Of a stretch of 16,503 nucleotides of DNA, positions 15,638-16,503 are shown piece after piece (the first letter of the stretch is position 1; every line of letters starts with the position of its first letter). The DNA comes from Promethearchaeota archaeon (lineage in GTDB: Archaea; Asgardarchaeota; Lokiarchaeia; Sigyniarchaeales; SOKP01), in the NCBI GenBank assembly GCA_004524535.1, contig SDNY01000080.1, positions 1 to 16,503 on the forward strand, given 5' to 3'. The translations under genes and the position numbers were made by a program. The notes under the pieces are model-generated. The model was not told the DNA's origin and searched no databases. It saw nothing but the letters and a program-made list of their open reading frames with translations.

Positions 15638-15871
15638 TTTTTTGGTAGATATATATTCACCCAAAACAACTTATTGAGTCATTTCAAATCTTTTAATAGT
15701 ATTGTTAAAAATTCATGTCTTAGAGGTTTGAACTTAATGATTTGTATAAATTTTTTATTTTTCATAATATTTAAGGTATAACAAGTTTTAAATATATGAT
15801 TTCTAATTATTCTTATTAAGTCATTTATTTAAATAAAAAAATAAAAATATTTAATAAAAAATGTGATTCAA

Positions 15872-16503
15872 ATGCCTGAAGAAAAAAAGAAAAAACCAGT
15901 TAAGCCTATAACTGAAATTAAATTAAGATCTTATCCAAAAGTAATTTTCCTTTGGCCTCTATTAATAGCTTCTGCAATTTTGTGGCCAATTCAAGCATTT
16001 TCAAAGGAGCCACTGCAATGGTTAGGCATTTTTTGGCTTATGGTACTGTTTTGCAATTTATTCGTTATAGCGTTTGACTTTGGTTCTGCCAAATTCTTTA
16101 TTCTCGTTCTCGGTATTGTAATTTTAATACTATTACTAATATTGTGGATTATACCAACTTATGGCTTTCCAGACCTACGGGCTATCGAATGGAATCCCGG
16201 GCTTTCAGCAAATTTCTACATGGCTCTAACTCTTATATTAGGGATCATTCTATTGTTCGTAATAATTGGTGCTCAGTTCGATTATTACAAATTAGAACGC
16301 AATGAGATCTACCATAAGAAAGGAATATTTGCCGATGCTGAAAGATTTCCAGTAAAAAGTCTTCGTCTGAAAAAAGAAATTCCAGATGTATTTGAGTATT
16401 TCGTTTTAAGAGCTGGAACTATAACTTTAATGCCGGGCCGAGCAGATGAAGTAATCACTTTGCACACAGTACTTAATATCAATAAAAAAGCCGATCAAAT
16501 TGA
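15872..16503 (+). CDS. Multi-pass membrane protein with possible C-terminal bacterial PH-like domain; truncated by the window edge and absent from the ORF track
   Basis: Open frame from ATG 15872 to the edge (210 codons): MPEEKKKKPVKPITEIKLRSYPKVIFLWPLL..., four hydrophobic segments, then DYYKLERNEIYHKKGIFADAERFPVKSLRLKKEIPDVFEYFVLRAGTITL. TTTAAATA at 15828-15835. Confidence 0.85.
   Translation, partial: MPEEKKKKPVKPITEIKLRSYPKVIFLWPLLIASAILWPIQAFSKEPLQWLGIFWLMVLFCNLFVIAFDFGSAKFFILVLGIVILILLLILWIIPTYGFPDLRAIEWNPGLSANFYMALTLILGIILLFVIIGAQFDYYKLERNEIYHKKGIFADAERFPVKSLRLKKEIPDVFEYFVLRAGTITLMPGRADEVITLHTVLNINKKADQI

Noticed and set aside
15683-15732. SECIS-like ATGA...GA pattern on the minus strand (ATGAATTTTTAACAATACTATTAAAAGAT)
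   Set aside because: The upper helix is too short for a eukaryote/Loki-type SECIS, both neighbouring genes are on the plus strand, and no gene here has an in-frame TGA at a Cys-like position.
1-16503. CRISPR arrays, tRNA/rRNA genes, transposases, integrases, defence systems
   Set aside because: No regularly spaced repeats, no GC-rich structured RNA in the short AT-rich spacers, and no ORF with recombinase or nuclease motifs were seen.

Overview
An AT-rich archaeal chromosomal segment. Assignment to Asgard archaea (Lokiarchaeia/Promethearchaeia-like) is an inference from the archaeal TyrRS, DUF1512, tungsten AOR, paired SCP2 and acyl-CoA synthetase genes, Vps29-like gene, BRE/TATA promoters and oligo-T terminators. 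It holds 13 complete CDSs, a membrane-protein gene cut by the right edge, and possibly a gene end at the left edge. In order: a 2-TM zinc-ribbon protein divergent from DUF1512; a candidate lipid/alcohol catabolic block (SCP2, long-chain acyl-CoA synthetase, divergent SCP2-like, Fe-ADH, W-AOR, HAD-IIA phosphatase); an orphan 4-TM zinc-finger protein; ppdK; tyrS; a Vps29-like metallophosphoesterase; a class V aminotransferase; and a membrane protein with a possible PH-like tail. I saw no rRNA, tRNA, CRISPR array, transposase or integrase. Best leads: (1) DUF1512 looks like a membrane-anchored, circularly permuted GPR/YyaC/HybD-type aspartic protease paired with a zinc-ribbon membrane protein; (2) an alcohol to aldehyde to acid to acyl-CoA module with two lipid carriers; (3) a TyrRS with plant/protist-type HIAQG signatures next to a Vps29-like gene; (4) several intergenic repeats and stem-loops. 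All family calls come from motifs recognised by eye; no searches were run.
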